A stretch of DNA of 64,000 bases from an uncultured Candidatus Saccharibacteria bacterium (GTDB lineage: Bacteria; Patescibacteriota; Minisyncoccia; Minisyncoccales; Staskawiczbacteraceae). Made by a program: the position numbers and the translations under genes. The notes below the pieces were generated by a model. That model was not told the DNA's origin. It searched no databases and saw nothing but the letters and a program-made list of their open reading frames with translations. Each line of letters begins with the position of its first letter. Position 1 is the stretch's first letter. Below, one piece after another: positions 8,503 to 18,555 of this stretch. The stretch lies in contig CAYRHW010000005.1 in the NCBI GenBank assembly GCA_964424305.1, positions 5,746 to 69,745 of the forward strand, written 5' to 3'.

Positions 8503-9762
8503 CTATTCATACCTCAATGCCTCTATCGGGTCTAATCTTGCGGCACTTCTAGCTGGTAAAACTCCGAAGCCTATCCCAATGGCGCTAGAAACTCCAACGG
8601 CAATAACTATGGCATAAATGGGGACACTGAATACCCAGGCTAAACCACTAGAGATTGCGATGAAGGATATGAGCCAACCCAGCAAGGATCCCAATACAAT
8701 CCCTAAAATCCCGCCCAAAACTGTAACCAAAATCGATTCTATTAAAAACTCACTTAATATGTCTTTATTCGTTGCCCCCAAGGCTTTCTTCAAACCAATC
8801 TCACTTGTTCTTTCGGTAACAACTACATACATAATGTTCATTATCCCCACTCCCCCGACTAATAAAGAGATTGCGGCGATGGCAATAAGTAAAATGGTAA
8901 TGCCATTAAAAATAGTGTTAAAACTTTCTAAGGCCTGTGCCTGAGTAGTTACAGTAAAATCATCTTTGGCTGGATCTGTAATATTATGGTTATCTCTCAT
9001 CGTTTGCCTAATTGCTTCGGCAGTAGACTCTCCCAAATTTGTATCTTTTAACTGCACCACCCCAATGGTTATATAATTAATGCCCAACATCTTCTTCTGC
9101 GCCGTGCCTATTGGCATATACAATCCATCGTCGGCACTTGGGCCACCAACAGCACCCTGAGATTCGTAAACTCCAATAACTTGGAAGTTTAAAGTACCAA
9201 GACGGACCAATTTTCCGATTGGATCGTCTTGTAAAAAAAGGTCGTTGGCTAAATTACTACCCAGAATAACCACTTGAGAGGCACCGGAGTCTTCTGTTTT
9301 TGTATAAAACCTACCGCCCGGCCGTAGGGCATGTTTATCCATGGAGAATCTCTCTGCCGATGCGCCATAGTAGATAACGCTCTTGGCATTATCCCGATAA
9401 CTGGCCACTGCCAAACCCGTTACCATCCCGTAGGCGTTAATAACATTAGGCAATCTTTTGATATTATCTAAATCAACCTGCTTAAAGCTGGTAATCGCAA
9501 CCGCAGAATTAGCCCGGCTAAAATCGGCGCTAGTGGCCGAGTTATTTCTATTCTTTGTTGTGGGCGGAACACGAGTTTCAACAAAAAGTGTATCAGTCCC
9601 CCACGATGCTAATTGGTCATCGATTAAACTCCTGAATCCTTCACCTGCCGATAGAACTAGAATAACAGTAGCAATACCAATAACAATACCCAAAGTAGTT
9701 AAAACCGTCCGAACCGGATTAGCAGATAATACTTTTATTGATTGTTTTAAAGATTTAAACAT
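8503..9762 (-). CDS. ABC transporter permease, MacB/FtsX type
   Basis: 419 aa with an N-terminal TM helix, a large extracytoplasmic domain and a C-terminal FtsX-like 3-TM module (RTSEIGLKKALGATNKDILSEFLIES). Confidence 0.85.
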   Translation of the reverse strand: MFKSLKQSIKVLSANPVRTVLTTLGIVIGIATVILVLSAGEGFRSLIDDQLASWGTDTLFVETRVPPTTKNRNNSATSADFSRANSAVAITSFKQVDLDNIKRLPNVINAYGMVTGLAVASYRDNAKSVIYYGASAERFSMDKHALRPGGRFYTKTEDSGASQVVILGSNLANDLFLQDDPIGKLVRLGTLNFQVIGVYESQGAVGGPSADDGLYMPIGTAQKKMLGINYITIGVVQLKDTNLGESTAEAIRQTMRDNHNITDPAKDDFTVTTQAQALESFNTIFNGITILLIAIAAISLLVGGVGIMNIMYVVVTERTSEIGLKKALGATNKDILSEFLIESILVTVLGGILGIVLGSLLGWLISFIAISSGLAWVFSVPIYAIVIAVGVSSAIGIGFGVLPARSAARLDPIEALRYE

Positions 9763-9763
9763 A

Positions 9764-11035
9764 TTATTCGTATCTTAAAGCATCGATTGGGTTTAACCTT
9801 GATGCTTTTAACGCAGGGTACAATCCGAAAATTACTCCAGTCAAAATTGAAACTCCTATAGATAGCGCAACGGATCCAAAAGAAACAACAAACGCCCAAT
9901 CATATCCCAGATAGCGCATCAATGGGGCGAGAGCATAGGAAATTGATACTCCGAAGATGATTCCCAAGACTCCCCCAAAAAAGGTTAATGTTCCAGCTTC
10001 TAAAAGGAACTGTCGCATTATGGCTCCGTTTGTAGCGCCCGTTGCTTTTCTTAAACCAATCTCTCTTGTGCGCTCAGCCACCGTCGCTAACATAATATTT
10101 AAAATCCCAATACCACCAACCAATAGAGCGATGGCGGCCATGGATGTTAGAAATAGTTTTAGAGCATCCGTAATGGTGCTCAAAAGGTTAACAGCATCCG
10201 CTATATTTCTCACCGTGAAATCAACATCAATATCATTTTGTATGCGATGCTGTTGTTTTAAAACACTTGTTACGTCTGTAATTGTTTGATCAATATTATC
10301 AGCTGAATCCACCCTAATGTTAATATTCGCCAGATAATGGATGCCAAGTAATTGCTGTTGGGCAATCTCCAATGGTAAAAACACCCTATCATCCTGATCT
10401 TGAAAAAATGCGCTCCCCCTAGGAGTGATAACTCCGACAACCCTTAGTGGAGTTCCGCCTGATTGATTCTGGGATGCATTCCTTACCTTAATTACCTGCC
10501 CTATCGGATCAACTCCAGTTCCATCGAATAATTCGCTGCTAACCGAAGACCCCAAAACAACCACGTTAGCATTCCCCTGCTCCTGCTGTTGAGAAAGGAA
10601 TTGGCCTTCTTGCATGGTGATGGTAACTACATTTGGATAGACATAATCTGTTCCAACAAAATTTGTATCAATCGTCTTATTCCCCCAAGTTACAGAAGCA
10701 GAGCCAGTTACCATGGCGTTAACAGCAACCGCATGGGGAACCTGGGCACTGGCCCTAAGGGCCTGAGCGTCCTGGTTAGTTAATGTGGTAATTACAATTC
10801 CAAAAACTTGCGCTGGGGGCCCCTTCTCATTACTCTTCCCCGGCTGAACACTTAAAATATTCGAACCTAACTTTGTTACCTGTCCTAGAATTAAACTTTG
10901 GGCGCCAGCCCCCAGAGCGATGATCGTGATAACTCCGGACACACCAATAACAATTCCGAGAATAGTCAAAAACGACCTGCCCTTCCTGGCAAGCAATGTA
11001 CGAATAACAAGTTTTATAGTTCCTAGAAAATCCAT
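9764..11035 (-). CDS. ABC transporter permease, MacB/FtsX type (paralog)
   Basis: 423 aa with the same architecture (RTREIGLRKATGATNGAIMRQFLLEA). It ends ...PIDALRYE, like its neighbour. Confidence 0.85.
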   Translation of the reverse strand: MDFLGTIKLVIRTLLARKGRSFLTILGIVIGVSGVITIIALGAGAQSLILGQVTKLGSNILSVQPGKSNEKGPPAQVFGIVITTLTNQDAQALRASAQVPHAVAVNAMVTGSASVTWGNKTIDTNFVGTDYVYPNVVTITMQEGQFLSQQQEQGNANVVVLGSSVSSELFDGTGVDPIGQVIKVRNASQNQSGGTPLRVVGVITPRGSAFFQDQDDRVFLPLEIAQQQLLGIHYLANINIRVDSADNIDQTITDVTSVLKQQHRIQNDIDVDFTVRNIADAVNLLSTITDALKLFLTSMAAIALLVGGIGILNIMLATVAERTREIGLRKATGATNGAIMRQFLLEAGTLTFFGGVLGIIFGVSISYALAPLMRYLGYDWAFVVSFGSVALSIGVSILTGVIFGLYPALKASRLNPIDALRYE

Positions 11036-11050
11036 AGATGTAAAAACCTA

Positions 11051-11767
11051 CTATTTAACTAGGTTTCTGTCTGCCTCGGTAAAGGTTCTTTGTTTTACGG
11101 CCTCATCGGAGATAATATTCCCATCTTTAATACGGATAATCCTTTTGGCGTGGTTTGCCGTGTCAGTTTCGTGAGTAACCAGAATGATTGTGTGACCCTG
11201 CGTATTTAATTTCTGAAGTATATGCATAACTGCGTTCCCAGATTTCGAATCAAGGTTTCCGGTGGGCTCGTCGGCAAAAATTACAGCGGGATTACACACC
11301 AGAGCCCGGGCGATTGCCACTCTTTGTTTTTCTCCACCAGAGATTTGATTTGTAAAATAGTTTAAACGGTGAGAAAGGCCAACTGCTTCAATAGCTTTCT
11401 TGGCTAATTCATCGTGATCTTTCTTTTTGCTATAGACCAAGGGAAGTTTTACATTATCCAAAACAGTAGTTCGGGCCAATAAATTAAAAGATTGGAAAAC
11501 AAACCCAACCTTCTCATTCCTTAATTTCGCTAGATACTGATCTGTAAAGTTGGTAACATCTTTTCCCTCAAATTCGTATAACCCGGAAGTCGGACGATCT
11601 AAAAAACTGAGAATGTGCATTAACGTTGATTTCCCAGATCCCGATGGGCCCATAATAGCCACAAATTCTCCTTCGTCTATTCCAAAACTAATGTCACCAA
11701 GAACATGGGTGACAACATCGTCATTTATATAGTCCTTTTTTAAATGTTTGACTTTAATTAAAGCCAT
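11051..11767 (-). CDS. ABC transporter ATP-binding protein (MacB/LolD-like)
   Basis: Walker [10 protein letters not shown], signature [15 protein letters not shown], Walker [13 protein letters not shown]. Confidence 0.9.
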   Translation of the reverse strand: MALIKVKHLKKDYINDDVVTHVLGDISFGIDEGEFVAIMGPSGSGKSTLMHILSFLDRPTSGLYEFEGKDVTNFTDQYLAKLRNEKVGFVFQSFNLLARTTVLDNVKLPLVYSKKKDHDELAKKAIEAVGLSHRLNYFTNQISGGEKQRVAIARALVCNPAVIFADEPTGNLDSKSGNAVMHILQKLNTQGHTIILVTHETDTANHAKRIIRIKDGNIISDEAVKQRTFTEADRNLVK

Positions 11768-11768
11768 A

Positions 11769-13307
11769 TTACTTCATGTAGGTTATAACCTCCTGGCCTT
11801 CTGAAAGCCCTGAAAGAATCTCGATCAATCCCCCATCGGCTTGCAACCCGATTTGTACTTGAACCTCGTGGTATTTCTTTGTTTTTTTATCATCAATCAC
11901 TTTTACAAACTGGCCATTGGTTTTGTTAACAACCGCGGTTGAGGGGACAGCTAACACTCCCTGCTTTTCGGCAACTAAAATTGTCATATTAGCTGTCATG
12001 CCTGGTTTTACCTTCGGGACATTATCCAAACCTCCCGTAACCTTGTAATTAACAACACCAGAGACAACAGTAGACGCTGGATCTATGGTCATTACTTTCC
12101 CAGCAAAATGCTCATCTGATCCTAGGGCATCAAAAGTATAATCAATGGATTGCCCCATTTCTAGAGATGCGATATTTGCTTCACTAACATTTGCCTCTGT
12201 GTGTAAATCTGAAATGTTTTGTAATCCGATAACGACAGAGCCAGCCGAGGCTTGTTGGCCAACTTTCGCATCAACTAAAGTAATTGTTCCAGAGGCCGGA
12301 GCCATTAAAAGTAGATTATTTAAAGTTGCCCTAGCGGCATCAACCTGACCCTGAGCAGAAGTTACTTGAGCGATAGCTGCATCAATATCTGCCTGTCTAG
12401 GTGGAGCTTTCTTATACGCCAACTGATCTTGCGCCTTTAAAAGCGCGATCTTATACCCCAAGATGCTATCTTGGGCAGCTGTCGTGTTGGTCAGGGCCGT
12501 ATTAATATATGTTCTCTGAGTGTCTATGGATGTTCTATCTGTGGCAGAAACTCTAGAATAATATATTCCTTGGTCGCACATATCACGAACGATTCTTAAT
12601 GCGTCTGAAGTATCATTTAGGGCAGTTACTATATGGGAGATAGCAGACTCAGCATTCGCTGGGGTAAGATTAGCTTTTGCAATATCTAGATAGGACTTCG
12701 AGATATTCACACTATTGGCTATTACCGCCCTACTCTCTTGCACTCTAATGCCCTCTTGATCGGCAGTTCCAAAATAGTCATTTTGAAGCGTAACCACCGT
12801 AGCCAAAGCATTATACATTTTTGTATATGCATCATTTAGTGTATTTATCGAACTTGCGTATGAGGAATCTAGGTCTTGTTGAGCAGAAACCACGGTGTTC
12901 TCGATTGTTTTAACATCTTCCGTGGAAGCCCCTGCTAAAAGTTTGTCGTAATTTGCATTAGCCTGAGCAAGAGACCCCTGGGCAGTAGTTAAGCTGGCGC
13001 GAGCACCAGCTGTATCAAGTGCAGCCAACAGCTTGCCAGCGTATACTTGGTCCCCTTCCTTTACTAGTACTTGCCTTACCACGCCACTGCCTTGGAAACT
13101 AAGCTTAAGATCGATGCCGGAAACCACTTGGCCAGTTGTTAATACTGTTTGTTTTAAATCCTGCTTGGAAACAATGGCTGTTTGCATTCCATTGGGGCTG
13201 TTCTTTTTCCCGAACGCGAGATTCCATATACCGATAATAACAAGCAAGATTATTGCACCCCAGATTATTCTCTTCTTTGTAAAAAACTTTGGCAATTTAA
13301 ATTTCAT
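11769..13307 (-). CDS. HlyD/MacA-family membrane-fusion (periplasmic adaptor) protein
   Basis: N-terminal TM helix, a biotinyl-lipoyl-like segment (VKEGDQVYAGKLLAALD), a long coiled coil and C-terminal beta-barrel motifs. It is adjacent to the MacB-type genes. Confidence 0.8.
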   Translation of the reverse strand: MKFKLPKFFTKKRIIWGAIILLVIIGIWNLAFGKKNSPNGMQTAIVSKQDLKQTVLTTGQVVSGIDLKLSFQGSGVVRQVLVKEGDQVYAGKLLAALDTAGARASLTTAQGSLAQANANYDKLLAGASTEDVKTIENTVVSAQQDLDSSYASSINTLNDAYTKMYNALATVVTLQNDYFGTADQEGIRVQESRAVIANSVNISKSYLDIAKANLTPANAESAISHIVTALNDTSDALRIVRDMCDQGIYYSRVSATDRTSIDTQRTYINTALTNTTAAQDSILGYKIALLKAQDQLAYKKAPPRQADIDAAIAQVTSAQGQVDAARATLNNLLLMAPASGTITLVDAKVGQQASAGSVVIGLQNISDLHTEANVSEANIASLEMGQSIDYTFDALGSDEHFAGKVMTIDPASTVVSGVVNYKVTGGLDNVPKVKPGMTANMTILVAEKQGVLAVPSTAVVNKTNGQFVKVIDDKKTKKYHEVQVQIGLQADGGLIEILSGLSEGQEVITYMK

Positions 13308-13351
13308 ATATTGATTAACTTTAATATTTTTATTAATTATACCAGAAATAG

Positions 13352-14098
13352 TTAGATTTGAATCTTCTTGAAAAAATAGCTACCGAGCCATAGGAATAAC
13401 AGCGTAACTGATCCAAGAACAAGGAAATCTATTCCCAATCCATAGTGCCCTCCGTTTATAAACAAAGCACGTAGGGCATCAATGCCATATGAGAGCGGAT
13501 CAAGCCTGGCGATGATCGCAAGAGCACTGGGCAAATCTTTAAGTGGGAAAAGCGCGCCGGAAAGGAAAAATAGGGGCATAACAAGAAAATTCATAATTAA
13601 TTGAAAGCCCTGCATATCATCCAATAAAGAAGCGATCATTGTGCCTAGTGCTGTGAAGAGAAGTGCGACTAGAAACATAATCCCTACTGCTGGAATAATT
13701 GCCAACCAGCTTACTGGGTGGAAACCAAAGATTAAAGAGATAAACATAACAATAACACCCTGCATTGTGGCAACCGTTGCCCCACCCAAAGTTCTACCTA
13801 TCATAATATGTAGTCGTGACATGGGGGCTACCAATGTTTCTTTCAAAAACCCAAATTGCCTATCCCAAATAATCTCCATACCAGAAAAGATAGCAGTAAA
13901 GATAATACTCATACCAATAATCCCAGGGGCAAGAAAGTTAAGATAATTCCCCTCCCCTGCTTTCTGGAATACAGAACCGAATCCATAGCCCAATGCAAGC
14001 AAAAAGAGCAATGGTTGGGCTAGTGAGCCAATCATACGAGACCTGGAGCGAAAGTATTTTTTAATTTGTCTTAGCCAAAGAATGTAAATCTTTTTCAT
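13352..14098 (-). CDS. ABC-2 type transporter permease
   Basis: 248 aa with about six TM helices, immediately downstream of an ABC ATPase. Confidence 0.8.
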   Translation of the reverse strand: MKKIYILWLRQIKKYFRSRSRMIGSLAQPLLFLLALGYGFGSVFQKAGEGNYLNFLAPGIIGMSIIFTAIFSGMEIIWDRQFGFLKETLVAPMSRLHIMIGRTLGGATVATMQGVIVMFISLIFGFHPVSWLAIIPAVGIMFLVALLFTALGTMIASLLDDMQGFQLIMNFLVMPLFFLSGALFPLKDLPSALAIIARLDPLSYGIDALRALFINGGHYGLGIDFLVLGSVTLLFLWLGSYFFKKIQI

Positions 14099-14112
14099 AA
14101 ATATATATTTAA

Positions 14113-14907
14113 TTATCTATGCCAAACTCTATGTCTCATTCTCATCCTATCTGCTACATTACTTGTCTCTTCCCTAATTGTCTTACCAGTAAGCGACAGA
14201 AATGCATCCTCTAGAGAATTTGTTTTAGTTTTCTTTTTTAATTCGGCTGATGTTCCCACGGCAACAATCTTCCCATGATCAATAACAGCGATACGTTGAG
14301 CGATGCGGTCAGCTTCTTCCATGTAGTGGGTTGTGAAGAATATGGTTGTGCCTTCACTTTTATTCAAAGCCCTAAGGTATTCCCACATATTATTCCTTGT
14401 CTGCGGATCAAGGCCAAGGGTTGGCTCATCAAGGAATATGATCTTTGGGTGATGCAAAAGACCACGGGCAATTTCCAATCTTCGTTTCATCCCACCAGAG
14501 AATTCCTTCACTAAATTATCTTTACGATCCCATAGATCAACGAACTTTAGCAATTCTTCACTCCTTTGCTTCCTAATATTAGCCGGAACATCGTAAAGTA
14601 CCCCGTGTATTTCCATATTTTCCCAAGCAGTTAAATCATCATCTAAGCTTGGATCTTGGAAAACAATCCCGAACGAACGTCGTGTCTCGTCCGGATGGTG
14701 CACTGGATCATGCCCGTTAAGAGTAACTGTGCCGGTTGTGGGCCTAAGTAGTGTCGTAAGTATCTTAATGGTAGTTGATTTACCTGCGCCATTTGGGCCG
14801 AGAAAAGCAAAAATCTCTCCTTCAGGGATAGAAAAAGAAATATCATCCACCGCTACAAAATCATCGAATTTCTTAGTAAGATTTTTAACTTCGATTATAT
14901 TTTTCAT
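14113..14907 (-). CDS. ABC transporter ATP-binding protein (DrrA/ABC-2 type)
   Basis: Walker A GPNGAGKST, signature FSGGMKRRLEIARGLL, Walker B IIFLDEPTLGLD. Confidence 0.9.
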   Translation of the reverse strand: MKNIIEVKNLTKKFDDFVAVDDISFSIPEGEIFAFLGPNGAGKSTTIKILTTLLRPTTGTVTLNGHDPVHHPDETRRSFGIVFQDPSLDDDLTAWENMEIHGVLYDVPANIRKQRSEELLKFVDLWDRKDNLVKEFSGGMKRRLEIARGLLHHPKIIFLDEPTLGLDPQTRNNMWEYLRALNKSEGTTIFFTTHYMEEADRIAQRIAVIDHGKIVAVGTSAELKKKTKTNSLEDAFLSLTGKTIREETSNVADRMRMRHRVWHR

Positions 14908-15338
14908 ATATTAATTTTAGATAGTATTTTTTTATGTAAATTAAGATAAGTTTCTAATTCATTATCATTTAGGGCATCGAATAACGTTATCATCATTTTC
15001 ATACGTCTATCCTTAAGTTCGGTAATTTGCTTACTACCCTTAGTAGAAAGCTCTAATTGCAGTGCGCGACGATCGTTTGAATCCGCCTTCCTCACCACAT
15101 AGCCATTATCTACTAACCCATCTACAAGCTGAGTGGCTGCACTTGATGAAATATTCAGCTTCTGTGATATTTCCTTTATCCCAATGTCACAATTCTTCTC
15201 TATAATCGCCAAAACAAAAAGCTGCGAGTGAGTGATAGAAGCTTTACTCCCCGGCTGTATGCCTTGAACGTGCATCTTGTTCTTCATGGCGTGAAAGTTT
15301 GCCATGATTTCTTCAATTAATTTTTTTCTATTTTCCAT
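14904..15338 (-). CDS. MarR-family transcriptional regulator
   Basis: 144 aa with a winged-HTH region (ISQKLNISSSAATQLVDGLVDNGYVVRKADSNDRRALQLELSTKG). It overlaps the downstream ATPase by 4 nt. Confidence 0.8.
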   Translation of the reverse strand: MENRKKLIEEIMANFHAMKNKMHVQGIQPGSKASITHSQLFVLAIIEKNCDIGIKEISQKLNISSSAATQLVDGLVDNGYVVRKADSNDRRALQLELSTKGSKQITELKDRRMKMMITLFDALNDNELETYLNLHKKILSKINI

Positions 15339-15356
15339 ATTGGGAGATATATAAGT

Positions 15357-15385
15357 ATCTTAACTAATATTAATACGCCTGTCAA
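15357..15385 (-). promoter_or_regulatory. sigma70-type promoter of the marR-ABC operon
   Basis: Minus strand reads TTGACA (15380-15385), a 17-nt spacer, then TAAGAT (15357-15362). Confidence 0.5.
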
Positions 15386-15528
15386 ACCCAACTTATTGCA
15401 AAAAAACCAGCCATTGCGTTTGGTTTTATTGCGCGGGTGGCTGAACGATTTTCGAACTTTTGAGTGGGAGCAAGCGTTCCCGGTACCCGAGCTGGCGATT
15501 AAGGAGATTAACCAATTATTAGCTTTGA

Positions 15529-16875
15529 CTATTTAGGATAAGCAACTCTGCCGCTGCTAGTAAAAACTGGGTGTGCTACTTTTCCAGCTTTTTCGGAATG
15601 TTCAACAGCTTTCTCAACCAATATCCGATCAGGAGTTATAACAACAGCCCCAAGAACATCTTCATACTTGAATCCTCCGCCATCATCATATTTGAACACT
15701 CTATAATATTTATAGGGCTCATAGCCTCGTTTTGACCGACCGTCTTCTAAATGGTTAAGATCATCTTCGATAGTTTGGTCCAAATGAAGGATGAGAGCGA
15801 TTTCATATTGGTTGGGGGTTCTAACAGCTGCATATTTATCTGACTCACGACGATTTCTCGCGGCTTCCCCTTCAAGGTAAGGAACAAGCGAAAAAAATTT
15901 TCTTAAATTATCTTCCCTAGAAAGAAGCTCCGGGTTTTTGCGCATCGCTTCAATAAAATCTACTTTTTTTTCTAAATCATATTCTGGACCACCCCTCTTG
16001 GCACATAAAACAAGGGTGAGGAAAATTTCCCTTAGCCAGCCCGTTTTATCTTCTACGCCTAATTCCTCAAATAAATTTTGGGCAAGTGGTATCAATTCCG
16101 CTACAAGTTTTTCTAACCGCCAGTCAGAGATTTTTTTTAATTGTGCTCCGGTTAATTGCACATTCTGATCAATCCATTTTGATATTTGATCAGACTGTTT
16201 TTCGTTTATATTGTGTTCACTCGAAATTCTGTTAAGAAATTCTGTAGGTTTACGTCTGCCACTTACCTTTCTATATGCATTTTCATAATTCTTTTCTCTG
16301 AACGGAAGATACCCGAGTTCATCACCATAAATTAGCTTCTCCTTTTGCCGTTGAGTGCTTGGATCAACCTTTTGCATAAATCGTCTTACTGTTTCTCCTT
16401 TAATGTCCCTTTCCCCTTCACTACCTTGAAGGGCCTCCGCAGCCTCGTTATGGGCTTCTTTTAATTTTTCTAAAAGTGCTTGATAGTTCTCAACGGTTTT
16501 TCCTGAAAAAATATCCCATTCTGTTGGACCCATTGCCTTATACCAATCCTTTTTACTATTTCCAAGCCAATCCTTAAAAATTGGTGCTTTTCCACCCTCG
16601 ACCGCAAATGATAAAGAGCAACCTCGACCACTTATTCCATGATCCACAAACTCTAGATACTCATCAAAACTCATAAACCGAACTGCAAATTCGGCAAATT
16701 TTTCACCCAAAAGTATTTCTTTTTTTTCTTGCGCCACTTTTTCGCTTTTTTCTTGTTCTATTTGCCTCTCGGCGTCTGCATAATCTTTTGCCTGGCCACC
16801 ATCTATTTTCTGCAATAAAATGTCGGCTTCATTTTGCGCATCTTCTTGATTTAATCTTTCTTTTTCTCCTGGCAT
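15529..16875 (-). CDS. hypothetical protein (448 aa), Glu/Lys-rich, no recognised domain
   Basis: Long uninterrupted track ORF. A hairpin plus T-run lies downstream at ~15397-15445. Confidence 0.6.
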   Translation of the reverse strand: MPGEKERLNQEDAQNEADILLQKIDGGQAKDYADAERQIEQEKSEKVAQEKKEILLGEKFAEFAVRFMSFDEYLEFVDHGISGRGCSLSFAVEGGKAPIFKDWLGNSKKDWYKAMGPTEWDIFSGKTVENYQALLEKLKEAHNEAAEALQGSEGERDIKGETVRRFMQKVDPSTQRQKEKLIYGDELGYLPFREKNYENAYRKVSGRRKPTEFLNRISSEHNINEKQSDQISKWIDQNVQLTGAQLKKISDWRLEKLVAELIPLAQNLFEELGVEDKTGWLREIFLTLVLCAKRGGPEYDLEKKVDFIEAMRKNPELLSREDNLRKFFSLVPYLEGEAARNRRESDKYAAVRTPNQYEIALILHLDQTIEDDLNHLEDGRSKRGYEPYKYYRVFKYDDGGGFKYEDVLGAVVITPDRILVEKAVEHSEKAGKVAHPVFTSSGRVAYPK

Positions 16876-17022
16876 ATTATTATTCTTAATTTTATCTTAT
16901 CCTACCAAAAAGCCCCCTCAATTAAAAGGTGGCTCTTGATAGCATTTGGTATGACTTGATGGCGCGGGTGGCTAGACGGTTTCCGAACGAAACAAACGAC
17001 CTCTCATCTGCTTGTACTCTTG

Positions 17023-17093
17023 CGGGGACGCATGGATTCGAACCATGAACAAAGATTTTGGAGATCCTTATGATGCCATTTCACTACGTCCCC
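17023..17093 (-). tRNA. tRNA-Trp (anticodon CCA)
   Basis: The reverse complement is GGGGACGTAGTGAAATGGCATCATAAGGATCTCCAAAATCTTTGTTCATGGTTCGAATCCATGCGTCCCCG. The acceptor is GGGGACG/CGTCCCC, the anticodon loop CTCCAAA and the T-arm CATGG-TTCGAAT-CCATG. Confidence 0.85.
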
Positions 17094-17188
17094 GAGTTAC
17101 CTACTTGCCCCAATGTTATCACATAAATTTCTGGAAAAAAAGTCCTCGCAATAAAATTGCCAGGGCTTTTTTATGCTTCTAAACCTAA

Positions 17189-18454
17189 TTAATTTCTCCT
17201 TCTGTTGTATCCGCGGTTACCTCCTCCTCTGAAATTATTCCCTCTACGGAATTGTGGGGTACGAGTTGGTTCTGGAACATACGGCTTTCTTGGCGCTTCT
17301 GGAGGAAGCTCTGGTAATTGTGAAATTGGTAGATATATTTGGACTAGTCTCTCAATCTCTCTTACTTTGCTTCCTTGATCTGGCAACACAAAAGAGATGG
17401 CCTTGCCCGACATACCAGCCCTACCTGTTCTTCCAATACGATGGACATAATCTTCAGCATTCTCCGGAAGATCGTAGTTTATAACCAACTCAATCCCTTT
17501 AACATCAATGCCACGAGAGGCGATATCTGTAGCAACAAGTACTCTGTATTTTCCAATCTTAAAACCCTCTAATGCTTCCCTTCTCTGACTAAGTGATCTA
17601 TTAGAATGAATCTCGGCTGCTTTAATTCCTAAATCTGCGATATCTCTACAAATCTTTTTTGCATTATGTTTTAATCTTAGAAAGATTAAAACACTTCCTT
17701 TGGTCTCCCAAAGTATTTTAGCTAACAAACGATTCTTTTGTTCTCTTTTAACAACAAACAACTCATGCTCAACTTTCTCAGCCGTAGTTCCAGATCTAGC
17801 AATTTCTATCCTTACGGGGCATTTCATGTGCGTACTAGCAATTTTAGCAATGCCATCTGGCATTGTTGCGGAAAACAACATAGTTTGACGATTTTTTGGT
17901 AGAACCTGTAGAATTTTAGCTATCTGCGGAGCAAAACCCATGTCGAACATGCGATCAGCTTCATCTAATACCAAAATACTCACATTGTTTAAATTTAATG
18001 TCCTTTGCTGGACATGGTCAATAATTCTTCCAGGAGTTCCCACTATAATATGCGGATTGTGACGAATCTGTTGTATCTGATGCCCTATTGGAGCTCCACC
18101 AATTAACACTGCTGTCTTCACGCCAAAAGCATGCCCTATCTTCTGCAAAGTTTCATTAATCTGAAAGGCCAACTCTCTAGTTGGCAAAACAACTAATCCC
18201 ATGCCTGATCCTGCCTGCATAATTCTTTGAATCATCGGAATCCCAAAAGCAAGAGTTTTTCCTGTACCCGTTTGAGCGATACCAATTAAATCCTTCCCCT
18301 CTATGGCAGGCGGAATGGCCTTATGCTGGATAGGTGTTGGAGTTTTAAAATTTGATCTTGCCAATAATTCAAGAATCTTTGGAGCTACTCCAAGCCCATT
18401 AAATCCCGTCCCAACCTCTGGCTGGCACACTGGCTCTGTCTGTTTATTTATCAT
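17189..18454 (-). CDS. DEAD-box ATP-dependent RNA helicase
   Basis: Motifs AQTGTGKT, DEADRM, SAT and HRIGRTGRAG, with an Arg/Gly-rich tail. The start is moved to MINKQ (18454) because the track start lies inside the -10 box. Confidence 0.9.
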   Translation of the reverse strand: MINKQTEPVCQPEVGTGFNGLGVAPKILELLARSNFKTPTPIQHKAIPPAIEGKDLIGIAQTGTGKTLAFGIPMIQRIMQAGSGMGLVVLPTRELAFQINETLQKIGHAFGVKTAVLIGGAPIGHQIQQIRHNPHIIVGTPGRIIDHVQQRTLNLNNVSILVLDEADRMFDMGFAPQIAKILQVLPKNRQTMLFSATMPDGIAKIASTHMKCPVRIEIARSGTTAEKVEHELFVVKREQKNRLLAKILWETKGSVLIFLRLKHNAKKICRDIADLGIKAAEIHSNRSLSQRREALEGFKIGKYRVLVATDIASRGIDVKGIELVINYDLPENAEDYVHRIGRTGRAGMSGKAISFVLPDQGSKVREIERLVQIYLPISQLPELPPEAPRKPYVPEPTRTPQFRRGNNFRGGGNRGYNRRRN

Positions 18455-18460
18455 AAAAAT

Positions 18461-18489
18461 ATTATACATTAAGAAATATCAAATGTCAA
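18461..18489 (-). promoter_or_regulatory. consensus sigma70 promoter, probably giving a leaderless helicase mRNA
   Basis: Minus strand reads TTGACA (18484-18489), a 17-nt spacer, then TATAAT (18461-18466). Only 6 nt separate the -10 box from ATG 18454. Confidence 0.55.
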
Positions 18490-18498
18490 ACCTCTGCT

Positions 18499-18529
18499 AA
18501 AAACCACCCGTCTATTGGGGTGGTTTTTT
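18499..18529. terminator. bidirectional rho-independent terminator
   Basis: AAAACCACCC-GTCTATT-GGGGTGGTTTTTT lies downstream of the 72-aa gene. Confidence 0.7.
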
Positions 18530-18555
18530 AGTTTCAAAGCAATACTAATATCAGA

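Noticed and set aside
15429-15500. Reading GCGCGGGTGGCTGAACG... as a tRNA or tRNA fragment (it resembles type II tRNA 5' ends)
   Set aside because: I could not build a D-arm, anticodon arm or matching acceptor 3' strand on either strand, so it is kept only as an unexplained repeat.
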